Below, piece after piece: positions 20,801 to 34,700 of a DNA stretch of 64,000 nt. Within the stretch, counting starts at the first letter, position 1. Every line of letters begins with the position of its first letter. The stretch comes from Laetmonice hystrix (Eukaryota). The notes beneath the pieces were generated by a model. It searched no databases and had not been told where the DNA came from. It saw nothing but the letters and a program-made list of their open reading frames with translations. The stretch spans positions 21,452,001 to 21,516,000 of the forward strand of contig OZ249447.1 of the NCBI GenBank assembly GCA_965235115.1, in the 5' to 3' direction. The translations under genes were made by a program, and so were the position numbers.

Positions 20801-23800
20801 CATGAATTAAACCTACTTATTTCATCTCATACATGTTCCTTGCTCTTAATTTTACAATCGCTCAGGATCCATTATCCATGTCATGTTATCTATGTCATAA
20901 AAACTATTTGATGAAGAATTTTCAGTCATTGCTGGGGAGACAGGTGGAATGGTGTTCTTCAACTTTACCATGCGAAGCAAACACTTTAACAGAGATGCCA
21001 ACACTGTATGAATAAATGACATGAAGTTTATGTTATCATCATACAGTTTTCTAATGCTATTTAATTACTATGTACACCATCGATGGGTCCTTTATAAAGG
21101 GTTAATTTGTGTAGTTTTGTTTATGTAAAAAAAAAAATTGGTATAAAAATATATTAAATATTTAAATAAAAGTAATAGTATAAACAAAAGTAAAATAATC
21201 ATTATTTAGAGTGATAAAGCTATCAAATTCGGTTATTAAACCCTCCCTTCACCATTGACCTAATTTAACCGTTTTTCCTTTTTCTTAATAAATAACAAAA
21301 TCAGTGTCTCAAGATGTAACTTGTGTAATGCATGGGAGGATTTCTCTTAAACTGTCGTTGGCATCTCTTCCATACAAAGCATGCTCTTATCGGTAATATT
21401 TATAATGGATTAATGAAAGGGTTTCAAGCTTTAGGCTACAAACCCGCGATCGCCTAAAGGTGCTCTTTCTGCGAATACTGCTAAACTGTTATGGGGGTAA
21501 CCAAAATCAAAGGAATTCAAAATTAGGAAACTCAAAATAGGGATATTTTTTAAAAATACCTTCCTGGAGACATTTCAGAGCTTTCATCAGTCTGTTCTAC
21601 CCAAAAGATATAACTGATAATAAACTTTCGATTTTTCCACCCTCTACAAAACAAAATTAACATTTTTTTCCTCCGGAAGATATTTTTTAAAGAAATGTAT
21701 TAGTAACAAGAAAAAGTGCATGGAGAAAGATATTAAGGTACCTGGTAAGACTAATCATTTAAACTCGAGTCTTAGCTTTCCGTTATGACGAGAGGAAATC
21801 ATCAAAGGTGGAATAAAGCTACGGGCCAACTTTCAAAAGCCATCTTTATGCAGGAGGTTCAGCACTTATAAACTCTTATTTGATTCATTTCGGCTATGGT
21901 GACGTGTTCATTTTCTAGATGTGCGTTAGGGGTCAAAAAAACGTGGACTGCCATCTAGTGGTCCTTATGAGACTCATGAACTCACATAATACCGGTATTT
22001 GCGTTTCCTACATGTTCTCAAAAACTGAAAATATATCAGACTTTCCATTTCTTCTATGGAGGAAGTTGAAATAACAAAAATCTCGAGTTATTAGAGGTCT
22101 CTGCGGGTCGCTCAAAATGTATGCAACATTTAGAAGACATATAATTGGCTCAGACCAGTTATATTGACTGGGGCCATTAAATCTCTGTGTGAAACCGAAT
22201 CTACAGGCACCGAGGAACACAAAACCAATCTCTACAACAGCAACTGCTATGAAAAATAAAATTTAGTGAAATTAAAGAAAGAAAGGGGGGAAAATGTAAA
22301 GAACATAAGTACCATATAAATCATACTAAAATGTAAAAAAAAATGTAAAAAAAAAAATTGTCGATCAAACGATGGTGAGGGAGTTACCACATAGAATCAC
22401 CAACAGATGGGTGCACCTTTTCTCTCTCCCTAGTCTCACGGCTATATCTACTCACCCGCTTTGATTTGGCATTCTTTACTGTGAAGACGCGCACTGAGTA
22501 GTGAGCCATTTTATAAGTATTCAGTATTTTGACCGTCAGCTGGCCATATGTTTGTTCCCCTTCGTTTGGCCAATACTGGTCACATTTTCTCTGCAATGAT
22601 AAATATGGACATAATATTACATAATTTCCGACACTTGCGTTTTTTGGTTATTTGGCACTTTGTGTTGGGCTTCAAAAACGTTGTAGCAATAAAACACATA
22701 ATTTCATTATGGTTAAGGCTCAGTATAACAACAATCAGATTTTAAGGTTGGCAGTAGCAATCATCAACATCTGGGGCCAGTTTCTCAGTCGTTGGGCAAG
22801 TCGCTTGCCTTAATTAGGCCATGAATCGACTGTACAACTGCTTGCAAGAAAACGGTCAGGCAAGGAGGGTGATATTTTGGGGTTTCAAATGTGACAAAGA
22901 AACCGGCCCCAGGTCTACACTATAAGAGTGGAGGCAGACACTAAGTTGTGAACGTACCCGTCCCCGCTCCGTGAGGTTTGTAATCATACAGATGACCTGC
23001 GTGTTCTGCTCCCACACCTGCCTCCAGAAGTCACTGAAGGTGGCTGGTAGAGGGCCCTGGGTGGCAATGTAAGCCTTGGGTTTGTGGTAGCCCTATAACC
23101 AGAATAAATTATTACCACGGATACATACCGATACTATGTCAGGCACTGATGAACGCTAGTGGTCAGTAGATGGCTAGGTCGGCTTTCCGAGAACCGATGC
23201 AAGGGACTCGTGTGACGAATGCCATAATTCTTTGTGTAAATCAATCCAGCCATCTTTACATTCCATGAAGCTGGAAGCTTTAATAGTTCCTTTTCATGGA
23301 CCTTTCTAGCAGTAAAACAGACCAAAGTCTAAGACTGCAGACCTAAGTAAGGTGATAAGGAATACTAAAGCAACCACCAAGTAATACATTGCCTCAAACT
23401 CTAAAGATAATAATAGAATGACTTTGAAAGGTTACACTTCTAGAACGAAAGTCAGCATAAAAAAGGAAAGTAGCCATTGTGATACATGTACTTTGAACTT
23501 ACATCCACATAATTGGCATTGATATAATCTACTTGTCTTGGCTTCCCCTGAATAGGTTTTAACATCACCCGACTATGGTCATCTGTAAAAAAAAGATTTC
23601 TGGTTATCAAGTGACAAAGAAAATACATTTTCTAGGTCCATTTGATATAGATATACATGTGTACGAGGTATTAAACTCCATAATATGAGTAGTTACCAAA
23701 AATTCTAATTAACAATGAATTATGATGTTTCAACAACAACAGATCAGTCATAATTTATAAAGCGTCTGCTAACATCAACTCGATTTTTAGACAAATGTAT

Positions 23801-26800
23801 TGAGGACAGTTAAAATCTGATATTGATGAATTGAAGTTGAGTACTCACAGGCTATGATGTTGGTGTATCGATTTTTGTGTTTGTTCTCTGGATCAGCTGA
23901 GTGCTCAAAGGTAATATCTGCCCTGACTTTACGATTTATCTCCTGGACACAAACACAAATAATCAAATTACTCTAAGTCACGGTAATTTGGCAGAATTTG
24001 GATTTGGCGTTTTTTTTATTTGGTGTTTACACATTATCCTTCAGTACATCATCTATGTTCCCGTATAACAACTTAATGAGGCAATATCATCATTTCAGTT
24101 AACGTATGTTTATAGCTGTGTATTCTAAAATAATTCCCCGTACTTCATTCATTACATTAGCCAGGGTTTCCTGCAGGATGTCACCTTTTCAGGGGGACTT
24201 CAAGCATTTTGGGGGTAATGCCTTGGCACAGGCTTTTTGGAAATAATAAATAAAGCAAAAAGACTTTGGGGGGAACGGATTTTTTTCTGGGGGCGGGGGG
24301 GGGGGCTCCCCCAAAAACAGCCCTGCAGGAAACCGTTTTATCTGTTTCGATTTCACTACCTCATATTCCTGAGAGAACCCCAGGTCAGTGTTTGCGTGGA
24401 GAGCGGTCACGTGCTGCGCCCAGTCCTCAACTTTGATTGGTTCGTGCTCAGTGTCATCTGTTGGACAAAGATCACAACACTGCTCAATTTGTGTGATTCT
24501 AGCTATTTTAAGCCTCTCACTGTGTTGACCAATGTATCAATAGCTTATACGACTCTTTTCTCTCTGCGGTTTAAACAACTATTACATCACACTGTTATGT
24601 AATATCTTGAGTAGGGTTTGAATAAACAGCTGCACGTTACTCGTTAGGAAACGTTGGTGAAGATTGATTCAAACAAAATTGTTCACATTGAACAAATTTG
24701 AAGTATGACATGTTGACCATGATTATAGACATTTTTTTCTTTCCTCTACATTTGTCTATGCAATATTTGGACTTTTAATGTCTTGTAAACTGTACTCCTA
24801 TTTAGAATTCTGACTGTACTTTAGGGTCTATCATTTCGTGACAATCCTGGGTTTAATGTATACTACTGTACACATCTGTGCTCTTAGGACATGTACATCT
24901 AGTTAGTATCTGTGGTACCAGAAAGTTTGTTATATATTAAATGTGGCTACATATGCACAACATCAGGGTAATCTATGCACAACGTCAGGGTAATCAAGGC
25001 ACAACATTCACATTATTCACAACCTACAAACACGAGCAAGTTATCTTGGATTAAGTTATAACCTGGGCCCGGTTTCAGAAAGGTTAGCATGATCTTAAGT
25101 TAAGCTCTGCTTAGCCTTTTAGGACCCCTGATTGGCTGGTCCTCTGCTGCTTAGCTTCAACCAGCCAATCAGGGGTCCTAAAAGGCTAAGCAGAGCTTAA
25201 CTTAAGATCATGCTAACCTTTCTTAAACCGGGCCCAGGACCAACAGTTCTGTGGAATATGGACGGAGAGCAAAAAGAGAGGTTGTCAACAAGTCATGCAG
25301 TGCGGCATCCACCCCGCCAGGGGGCAGCACCCCCAGCATCAGGACCCCAGGTCCACCCTAGCCCTGCAAGAGCATGAATCTCTGAGATCCTAGTCTACCC
25401 CAACGGGTGCTCATGTTGTTGGCCTTTGAACATAGCTAGAGTGGATGGCCCGTCAGTTCTGTCAGCCCTCCCCATACGGCCCGACTGGGCAGCAACTCAA
25501 GGTACGGGGTTATGGATCTGACACATTGTTACCAGTGCAGTGGTGTGCGGACTGGTAAGCTTACTGCCACAATCTTTAACACTACTCTACTCGAAGAAAT
25601 ACGGGTTCACAGTAGGGCAAAGGAATTGAAGAAAAAAACTATGGACAGAAAGAAATTTCAGATTATGAGATAGGTAACTGTTTGTGTCTTTTTGTGATAA
25701 GAATCTAATTAACACTTGAAAACTCCAGCTTTGAAAGAAAGACACATAAACAGGCGAAAATGCACACATCCATTCTAAGTCAAATTCTCAGCATTTTGTA
25801 CTTGAATGAAGCACTGCCGACTTGCATACAATCGAAACAGAGAGTGAGAGAAATAAGTGCTAAATGCTACACGATCAAAGTAAAAATACAGAAGTAGGTA
25901 ATCTGGTTTCATGCCAACCTGATTCTTCTGAACAAACTGTGAAACATTAATGCCAGGGAAAAGTATATGAATACCGAAGCAACCCTCTTGAGACAGCAGC
26001 ACCTTTAACATTTGCAATAATAATTGCTTGGTCACGCCCAAATAATCCTTGTCCATTTGGAAGGCGTGACTGATACGACCAAAATAACTTTCTACTTGTC
26101 TTTTTACTATAAGTCCAAAGTAAAACGAAGTTTTGGTCTTCTTTCATCTGTCATCTCATAACAGAATGACGCAAAATATATAGACAATGTTCAAAACACT
26201 TAATGAATTCCAACTCAATTCAATAACACATAAGGTTCATTTATATACAATTAGCATCCTTTCAGCTGTCTCATATTCAACATGTACTTTCAAACATTTC
26301 TACCTATCATGCAGACTATAGATTGCACTCTCTAAGGGAGCAGGAGAAGAAAAATAACACTAGCTTTATATATTCTTTATGCAAATAAGAAATATTCAAG
26401 ATATCTAATTTTTTTATGGACTATACAAACCCCCTTTATGGATTTTGATGGGATTTTTTTTTTTTTTTGGCATATTTTCTCAAGCCAAGTATTTCTCTGC
26501 ATACATATGGGAGCATACCGAGTAGTTCAGGAGCAGAGCGTAAAGTCTCGAAACATGACAAAACATGAGAAATAATGACAAGTTATGTACGGGCTCACAA
26601 AGACAAGCAGGACGGCAAGACAGTTTGATTCTGCTTATAAAACATCACAACACACAACGTCAAAATGCACGGAACGCTCACACTAAACGGGACCTCATAA
26701 AACCAGGGCCGCAGTATTGCAGCCGCTATAGGGGGGCGGGATGGGGAAACAAAAACATGTCACGTTTGAAAATACTGACAACGACTTACTCTTCTCTAGA

Positions 26801-28716
26801 ACAGGTCGCTTGACTGCTGTATGGGGGGGAAATAAAGGCACGTACATACATTTATTGTTGTCAACTTAGATTCACCTCTGGTTGAATGGAGGACAGGGGA
26901 TACCACCAGGGACAGGGGACAGAAGCATACACCAGCACACGGAGCCACTAGGAAGCCGAGTTGTGTGGTGCACAGTGATGATGATGTTTTTCATAGCATG
27001 TGAGATATTACCGGTACTAGTTGGAGCAATGTGCCTTTTACATACACCCCTGCTGTTAAGAAGCAGCAGAATCTTGAGCGTTGTAACCATGAGTTTATTT
27101 CTGACTGTATGTTATGATTGTAATGTTACAAACACGAGTTGTTCTTAGTTTCACTGTGATCTTCAATCTGTGAGTTAGGCGAGTTAAAGTGCTACAGACA
27201 TCACATAGGCACCTTTACTGATCTAGATAGATCACTGCGAGTTGTAGACGTGTCCGGGATAGGTTTTTCTGATAAATTCTCTCAGAAAGTAACACTTGTA
27301 AAAAGATTGACAAAAGGAATCACGCGACACATCGCTGTCTTGCTCTCCACTGCTCTTGACCGAAAACCGGAAGGGATGTGTGCACGGGAATTGGTCATTT
27401 TGATCACGGATTCACATTTACAGAACAGCTCACGTTTACAGAACAACGACAAATCACAAGTCTTATCTGGTACAAAATTCATGTTAATTGTGATGTCTGT
27501 AGCACTTTAACACAATGGCGTCCAACTGCCCCCTCCCCTCCCAAACCTGTGTAGGTACTCTTGTCTCCACTTCCATTCTAACAACTCACCGTAACTCTCA
27601 GGATGCACGGCTCCATTATCAGTTGTGTTACTCGAGTCCGGGATAGCAGTGAAAAGATAGCTTTGCGTCATGTATCTCCTGCAAGAGAATGCCACATACA
27701 TGAACAATGCATTGAAGCTACACAACTTGCAAGTTTACAGAAAATGCCATATACGTGAACTATGCATTAAAACTACACAACTTGCAAGTTTATAGAAAAT
27801 GCCACATACATGAACTAATCATTGAAACTACACAACTTGCAAGTTTACAACAATGCTGAATTTATTTTATTTATTTATTTAGTTTATTTAATTCCCATAA
27901 GTACCCGTATGACCCACTTCCGTATCTTTTAAGTCTTTTACTTGCTATTTGTTTACTAATCCACTAACTGCTCTCACTAGTTTAGCTTCCCTTACCTGAA
28001 TACAAAACATATGAGGAGGGCAATGATGAGGATGAGGGCAGTGACCACAATGCCTGCAACAACTCCAGTTGTCAGTGAGGAGCTTCGGCTGTTGGGGTCA
28101 GACATGGTTGTATCCGGACCTGGAGGGTAGCAATCATTCATTAACGTCTGCAATTCTACCATCATCCCAAACCATCAGTACTCAGTTCATAATTAAGATC
28201 TTTCTTACGCTTAAGCCTTCTGATTCGCTGGTCTTAATCAGACCAGCCAATCAGAAGTATTAAGCTTAAGCTTACAAATATCATCAATCTCTCTATGTAT
28301 AATAATACAGAAAAAAATATTTTAAAAGTTAAAACATCTTTCAGTTGTGCCCGTCATGAAGGAGCAGATGCACACCGGTAGAATTAAATACAGAAACTAT
28401 ATAACTTTGAAACAACGGTCACGTATTCAACAGAAATCAATTGATAATGTGCATTACCAGAAATGGCAACCTTTTTAAAGCTCTTAAATATGTTGAATGT
28501 TTCTAATTGTTTTACACAGTTGAAAGACAAACAGTCCATGGATTTATGTTTATGTGTTTGGTCATATATACTAAAATCAATTCAATCAATAATTGGTCCA
28601 TGTCATGTGACGTCATAATACAGACGACTTTCAAATACCCTCAGAATTTCACACCAATTCTCTGGTGTGCTGCAAAACCTTCCCGTTTCTAACAACACAA
28701 CTGTGTGATGATGATA

Positions 28717-28753
<37 letters not shown>

Positions 28754-31700
28754 CATACTCATCAACCTGTCTCACCTTGGAGATCAATCTCCTTAGGCTC
28801 CGAGTAGACCCCTGTGTAGTACTGCTCGGAGAAAAGGCTCTTTGTTTCTCCTGCCACTTTGACCTGGTAGATGGTGTTGGGCCTGAGGTCCCTGATCTCC
28901 ACCTGGAAAGTAGGTGATGTAACGCCCTGCCGGGGGTGCGAGCACCAGGGGCAACGCCTGTTAACAACGGTCTGACAACTGCACCCAACACTGCCACGGG
29001 TTTCGGGACGGTTTGGACACTAACATCTAAGACTTACACTGACCTACTCATACGGTGATATGTATAGCTCTAAGACCAGTGTGTGATGAGAGCTGATGGC
29101 ATGGCACCCACATAATACTTACCATAATGGCAACACGCCTCACTTCTTAATTGTCTGCAGTTGTCAAGCTTTTCCATGAATTCTATGTATCTAATGGTAG
29201 ATTGCAACTAAAATTTTGTTTTGTAGTTTCATTTCCACTGCAATCAGTGTGGCCTATAAATGGCCATAATCTTGAAATTCTAAGAATGATATTACATAAA
29301 TTGAAAACTTGGTGGATCCTTGCTGGTTTCCAAATTAGCTGGAAATGTGCCATGGCATTCAGGGACTCTTCATCAAACACTGAATATCTAAACTAACCCC
29401 GCATGCTGCGGCCACATCTTACCAGAATCTTGGAAACGGGTGAATTGTAAGCCACAGAAACATGCATGGCACTTAGGCGATTAGCAAGATTAAATAACAA
29501 AAAAAAGTTGGCATAACAGACCGGAGGGTTTCAAATGTTAAGTCATATTATCTTTAAAAAGGAAGCACCGGTTTATTATCGGCAATATAGGTAGAATGCT
29601 ACTTTTGTTAGCTATAGTTGATTCTCTGTTTTGTAGCCACACCTTAAAATTGGTGTAAGGAGTACCGGTAAGGTGGAGCCAATGTGACCTTATAAAAAAA
29701 GTAAAGGTAAAAACTAGAGGTTTGGATAACTGAAATTCAAAATGCATCCTCTACTCGAGGTGTGGCTAAAAACAGAGATATTTAAGGCAATAACAAAATA
29801 TTCTAGTGGAACCACTAGATTAATTTTTTTCAGAAGCCAAACACTTAAAATTTTCGCAAAACTGGCTCAATACTTCATAAATTTCCAATGGTCTTTACTC
29901 CAACATTAAATAAGTTCTCGGTTCAAATCATTTTGTTTAAAAAATAATAAATATAAAAAAATAAACTAATGGGAACGTTTCAGGAAATCAATGTCAAGTT
30001 GTCAAACCACCAGTGCTCATCATATTTGTATTTGCACAGTGAACAGTGTTTGAGATCAGCGAGCTGTGAAGGCAGTGCACGTGCCCAGGTGCGGTGAGCC
30101 GGTGGCCGTGCACTCAGCAAGCCCCAACTCCCATGACCAGAATCCAGCGCCAGCATAGAAAGGCAGGCAGGCAGCCCGCCAGCTCTCCAATAAAATGGCT
30201 GTCAAACTGAAGAAACGCAAGCTGGATAAAAAGCATAACTACGCTAAAGATTATTGTTATTTTATGAAGGCATAGAGTATTTCGTAAGATGCACTAAGTC
30301 AAACTGGGCCCTTTCCTCAACACTGGTCTTCCTCTAAACTGTTCCACTGGATACCCCTTTCAAGTTGAATTTTAACCGGAAGAACTGAGGACGTCGTAGA
30401 GAAGCAGTTCTCAGACCTTGTGTTGAGCGTTTCAAACAGTCAATGTCCTTGGGCCATGCATCATGTATACCGAGTGCCTCCTATTCTAGTGTGTTCAGAG
30501 TACGGTAGTTACCTACCCAGGCAGGAATGGGGACTTCCTTCATGATATTATAATATTTCATTCCCCAAAAGCTGCTGGCCTTTTGAAACCCAATCACACA
30601 AGCGAGCTGCCACTTTAACCCCAAAGTAAAATGTACCGGTACCCATGATCCAGCAATTTTGTTCCACAAATGTTCCTGTGTTTCTGGCAGGTACTCCACT
30701 CCATTTATGATTTTTTGGGGGTCAAAAAGTACCGGGGTACCGGTATTTTCTAATACAATGGAAAGGTTTTTTGCCTAAAATTTCATTTTGTAATCATGTA
30801 AGGAAATATGTGAAACACATAGTGCCCATATCCTCGCCTGGGTAAACTGAAGAGCCATCTGGTGAATGGTAGGAAGACCATGAAAGTTTCTCTTCTAAAT
30901 GAATATCTTTCCTTGCAAAGCTTTAGCTTGGTCTTCCATTAAATTCTCAAAGGCTTTTGTAAATAACCCAAAAAATTATGGTCGTTATTCTGAGATTGAT
31001 CCCCACTGACGTAAACCAGATGCCTTATACTGCTGCACCCCTCACCAGATGGGTCATGTTAAAGGTGCAACTAAAAATAAATCAGTGCATGCATTGTTGT
31101 CTTGTGAGCTATGATTCAGAAAAGAATTAGCTATATTTTATAAAAATAAAAAATAAAAAAAGAATTAACAAGCTTTGCCCCCATTGGCAGAAATCTTTAA
31201 TACATTTGACTGTTTTTGTTTTTCGTTTAGATAACAATTTTCTTTTATGAAAGGCTCTTGTAGATGATTTGCCAATGGGGACAGAGAGCAATGATTTTTC
31301 AAGTTTTTTCTGGTAAAGTGAAGCATACCCACTTTTTGAGCTTGATTCTAGAGTATCTACTAAGACCATTAACTTAACTTTTGATTATTACTTAAAACCT
31401 AATAATCCTCCATAAAATCTTAAATTGTACCTGAACTATGCACCATATCCACCCATCTTTTAAATAATTCTAGGATTGCATGCTATACATGAATATCTAA
31501 CTAAATTCTACATTGATCTTTTAACTACAGCATCACTCATCATTATATGCAATTATCATCAACCAAATAAATACCATTTAAACATCAATTTATCAATCGT
31601 ATCAATACAGAAAACGGCCACATCAAGGGTTACACAAATATACTGGCTCATTAAGACAACATTGTTCTATTACAAAATTAATGAACTTATTAATGTTTCA

Positions 31701-34700
31701 CCCATATACGGAGTCACTTTGTTAAAGCATTAGTCCATAAATCAAACAAAACTACATGCTAGCCAGAAGCTGGGAACTCTGTCAAATCATTTAGAAAATA
31801 ATTCTAAAGGCTACACTTCCTTTTTCAGCAGCCTGGTAGTTTGTTAGTTTTAAAGAACACAAAACTGGAAAAGGGATAAGGAGGGACGCCACAAAACGAG
31901 ACAGTCTACACACTGATGTTCTTTTCTTGCACTATGTCTCAGAGACATAGATGGGGGGGATGGGGGGGGGGGTTGTCAACTTCCACTGTGCAGTTTGTCA
32001 TCAGACCAGTTGTGACTCTGTTCAAAAGGGTCGTAAGTCAAAGGGGATATACATACTTCCTGGTGGGTTTGCTGGATATCGCTGCTCAAGAAGGTGAGGT
32101 CGTGGGCGAATCCAAAATCAGAGTTTTGTGGCTTGTACTGGATGTGGTACTGGTCAATTTGTCGGTACACCTCAGTTGGTTTCAGCCATTCTATTTTCAT
32201 GCAATCTGCAGACACTTTAGTCAGGTTCGTGATGGTGGGAGCACTCGGACCTAGATCAAGAAAAACATGTTCATATTTTTATAGGTTCATCTTCTCGTTA
32301 GAAATGCATTAGTTTGACATTCTTCCTTTGCAAGGCATTTATCATTTTCAAAACTGTGTATTCCCTCTAAAGAAATTAGTTTGTATCACCTTTGACATCT
32401 GTTAGGGCAGGAGTGGCCGGATGGCTTGTTTCACCATAGCCGCGCGACGTCCGTGCTGCTAACCACAAAATGTACTCTGTATACGGCTCTGCAAGAAAGA
32501 AAACCAAAGACATAAACACCTGACTCCTTGTCAAACTTTCCCTCAAGTAAATGAAAGATCTACATGAGGTGGCCTGAAGAGAAGGCTCTAATAAATTGAC
32601 CCCACAGTTTCATGGTTACCTCTAAAGGACTTTGTTACTCGATCCGGAGAAGACTGCGATCTATCGGAGTAAAGTCAATTAAGCTTTTCCCCCTTCAAAA
32701 TACTCACCAAACCTCAATATATTGCTCGGACCTACCTAGGTTTGTAATGTTGTAATTGTTCTCATTGCCAAGTGTGACGTTCCACTCCCTATCGTCATGT
32801 TTCCAGTAGAGTGAGTACCCAAGAAGGATCCCGTTCGGTTCGGCCGGCGCCTCCCACACCACATGCAGGGATGTTGAAGTGTACTGGGGTATGTGCAGAA
32901 TTCTGGGCCTCCCTGGTACTGGCCGGCGCAAAATAACAAATAAATAGTCATTAAAAACCTCATGGTCTTCTCTAAAATTAATATAAACATAAGAGATTCT
33001 GAGGGGAAATTCTAATAATCTAATAACAAAACGATTGCAAATTGTTATCAGCAACTTTGAGAGCTGGATTATACTATAAAAATTTATATACCTACTGTTA
33101 CTTGTTTTTAGTGGAATTTTGTATATCGACTAGTCTTTTAACATCTGTGTCTTTCCTCCCACAACTAACATCAAGATGTAGCTGGTCATTACTTACCTCC
33201 CTCCTCAGTTTTCACTGCTCGCTCAACAGCTGGGCCTTCCCCAACCTCATTGAAAACTTTGATACTTATAAGATAAACTGTGTATGGCTTCAATTTGGTA
33301 AAGTTGTAACTCTGGAGGGCAGAAACAAAACAACATTTATCAGTTCTACTACGCCTTAGTACTTTCAGATGTATCCCAAACTTTACATGGTAAAGTTGTG
33401 GAATAAGCGATCATTAGGAAGCATCACCTGTTTGATCCAACTCTTGGCACATCTCGACAAAAAAATAATTCATCTGACCTTTCCTTGTCAACTTTGTAAA
33501 CTCACTCTTCACTCCCCTTAACCACATATCACGGGTAGCATAAAGGGTGCTGTCCATTTTTCCATGTTCTTCACGATATATCATCAATCATCATGCATTT
33601 TAATTTTTTAAGTCGATATTATGTATCATCAAAATTACTGGCAACAGTTACCCATGAGCAGCTGAAGTCTTTTTTTCCATTCTTACATATTGACACAAAC
33701 ATAAACTGAACAACTTGAGTGCTGTGACCTTAGTGCAGTGGACAATAATATCAAAAGTACATGGTACTTGTAAATAACCCTTATTTGATAATGGTGCGAT
33801 TATTGGGGGAAATCCTAACTGCAAGACGGCATGCTGGGAGAGGAAAACATAAGTGGGTAGAAAGCTTTACTGATAACATGGAAACTGTTGCTGGCCAAAG
33901 ATGTGTTTCCTAGCGACATGGTGTTTAATAAACGTTCGACAAAAAGCAATAATGAGAGAACACCTGGTTCCTGGACGACTGTATTCTGATCCTCGTGAAA
34001 TGCACAAACATTTATCTGTGAAACCATTCTTTCATACCGCTCAAACGCACAAATACACCATGAGCCATTACCAAACCCCATTGGACCCTACCCCTTCCTG
34101 GCCAAATGGCCATCGCCATGTTAGTACTTATACTTAATATGCATGCCTTCTTAGACGAATGAGGACCATTTCAAAAACTGCAACAGGGTATTTTTGGTAC
34201 TGTCACTGTTAGTGAAACGACCCCTTGGACTGCAAAAGTCCAAACTCTCTCATCTTCAGGCAGACCTTCACCTCCTAAAGTGGTTAGGTTTTAGTATGTA
34301 AACTTAGAGCCGGGGTGTAAATAATATTCATAATGTAATCACACCACCCTTCTCCTCATGGTGACTTACTACCCACGACCTGTCTGCCAATGATCCTGAG
34401 TCTCCTTCCGTTAGTGTCAATACCCTTAATTTCATTAAACCTGATTGTTGGCTTTTCTATCAAACATCATTAATCTTTCACTCCTTATTAATAAAATAAC
34501 TAACCGGCACCAATTATTGGCCCTTCTTACCCACCAACATACAACTTAAAATCTGTTTAAATACATGTACTGGTAAGCACTGGGTGTTGTAGAGAGAGGC
34601 ACAGCATAGCATAGCCGCTTTGGGGATTTTCTGGTAAATACTCTTAACTGTACTTACACAGGGAGTGTCACCAGTTGTATCTATACAATACACTGATGAG

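Noticed and set aside
28689-28917. Poly-Met and poly-Ile ORFs
   Set aside because: They come from an (ATG)n microsatellite; the real exon here is 28776-28902 in another frame.
29631-29688. FN3-like text [14 protein letters not shown], similar to exon 8 PYTEYILWL, as a possible third duplicate exon
   Set aside because: The nearby acceptor gives this frame only from a phase-2 donor, but the intron is phase 0 (which hits a stop). The rest of the FN3 consensus is missing and exon 10 already completes the domain. A decayed relic cannot be excluded.
32708-32735. Alternative GTGAGT donor 28 nt beyond exon 7
   Set aside because: It is phase 2 and breaks the frame with exon 8; the 32736 donor restores the FN3 consensus.
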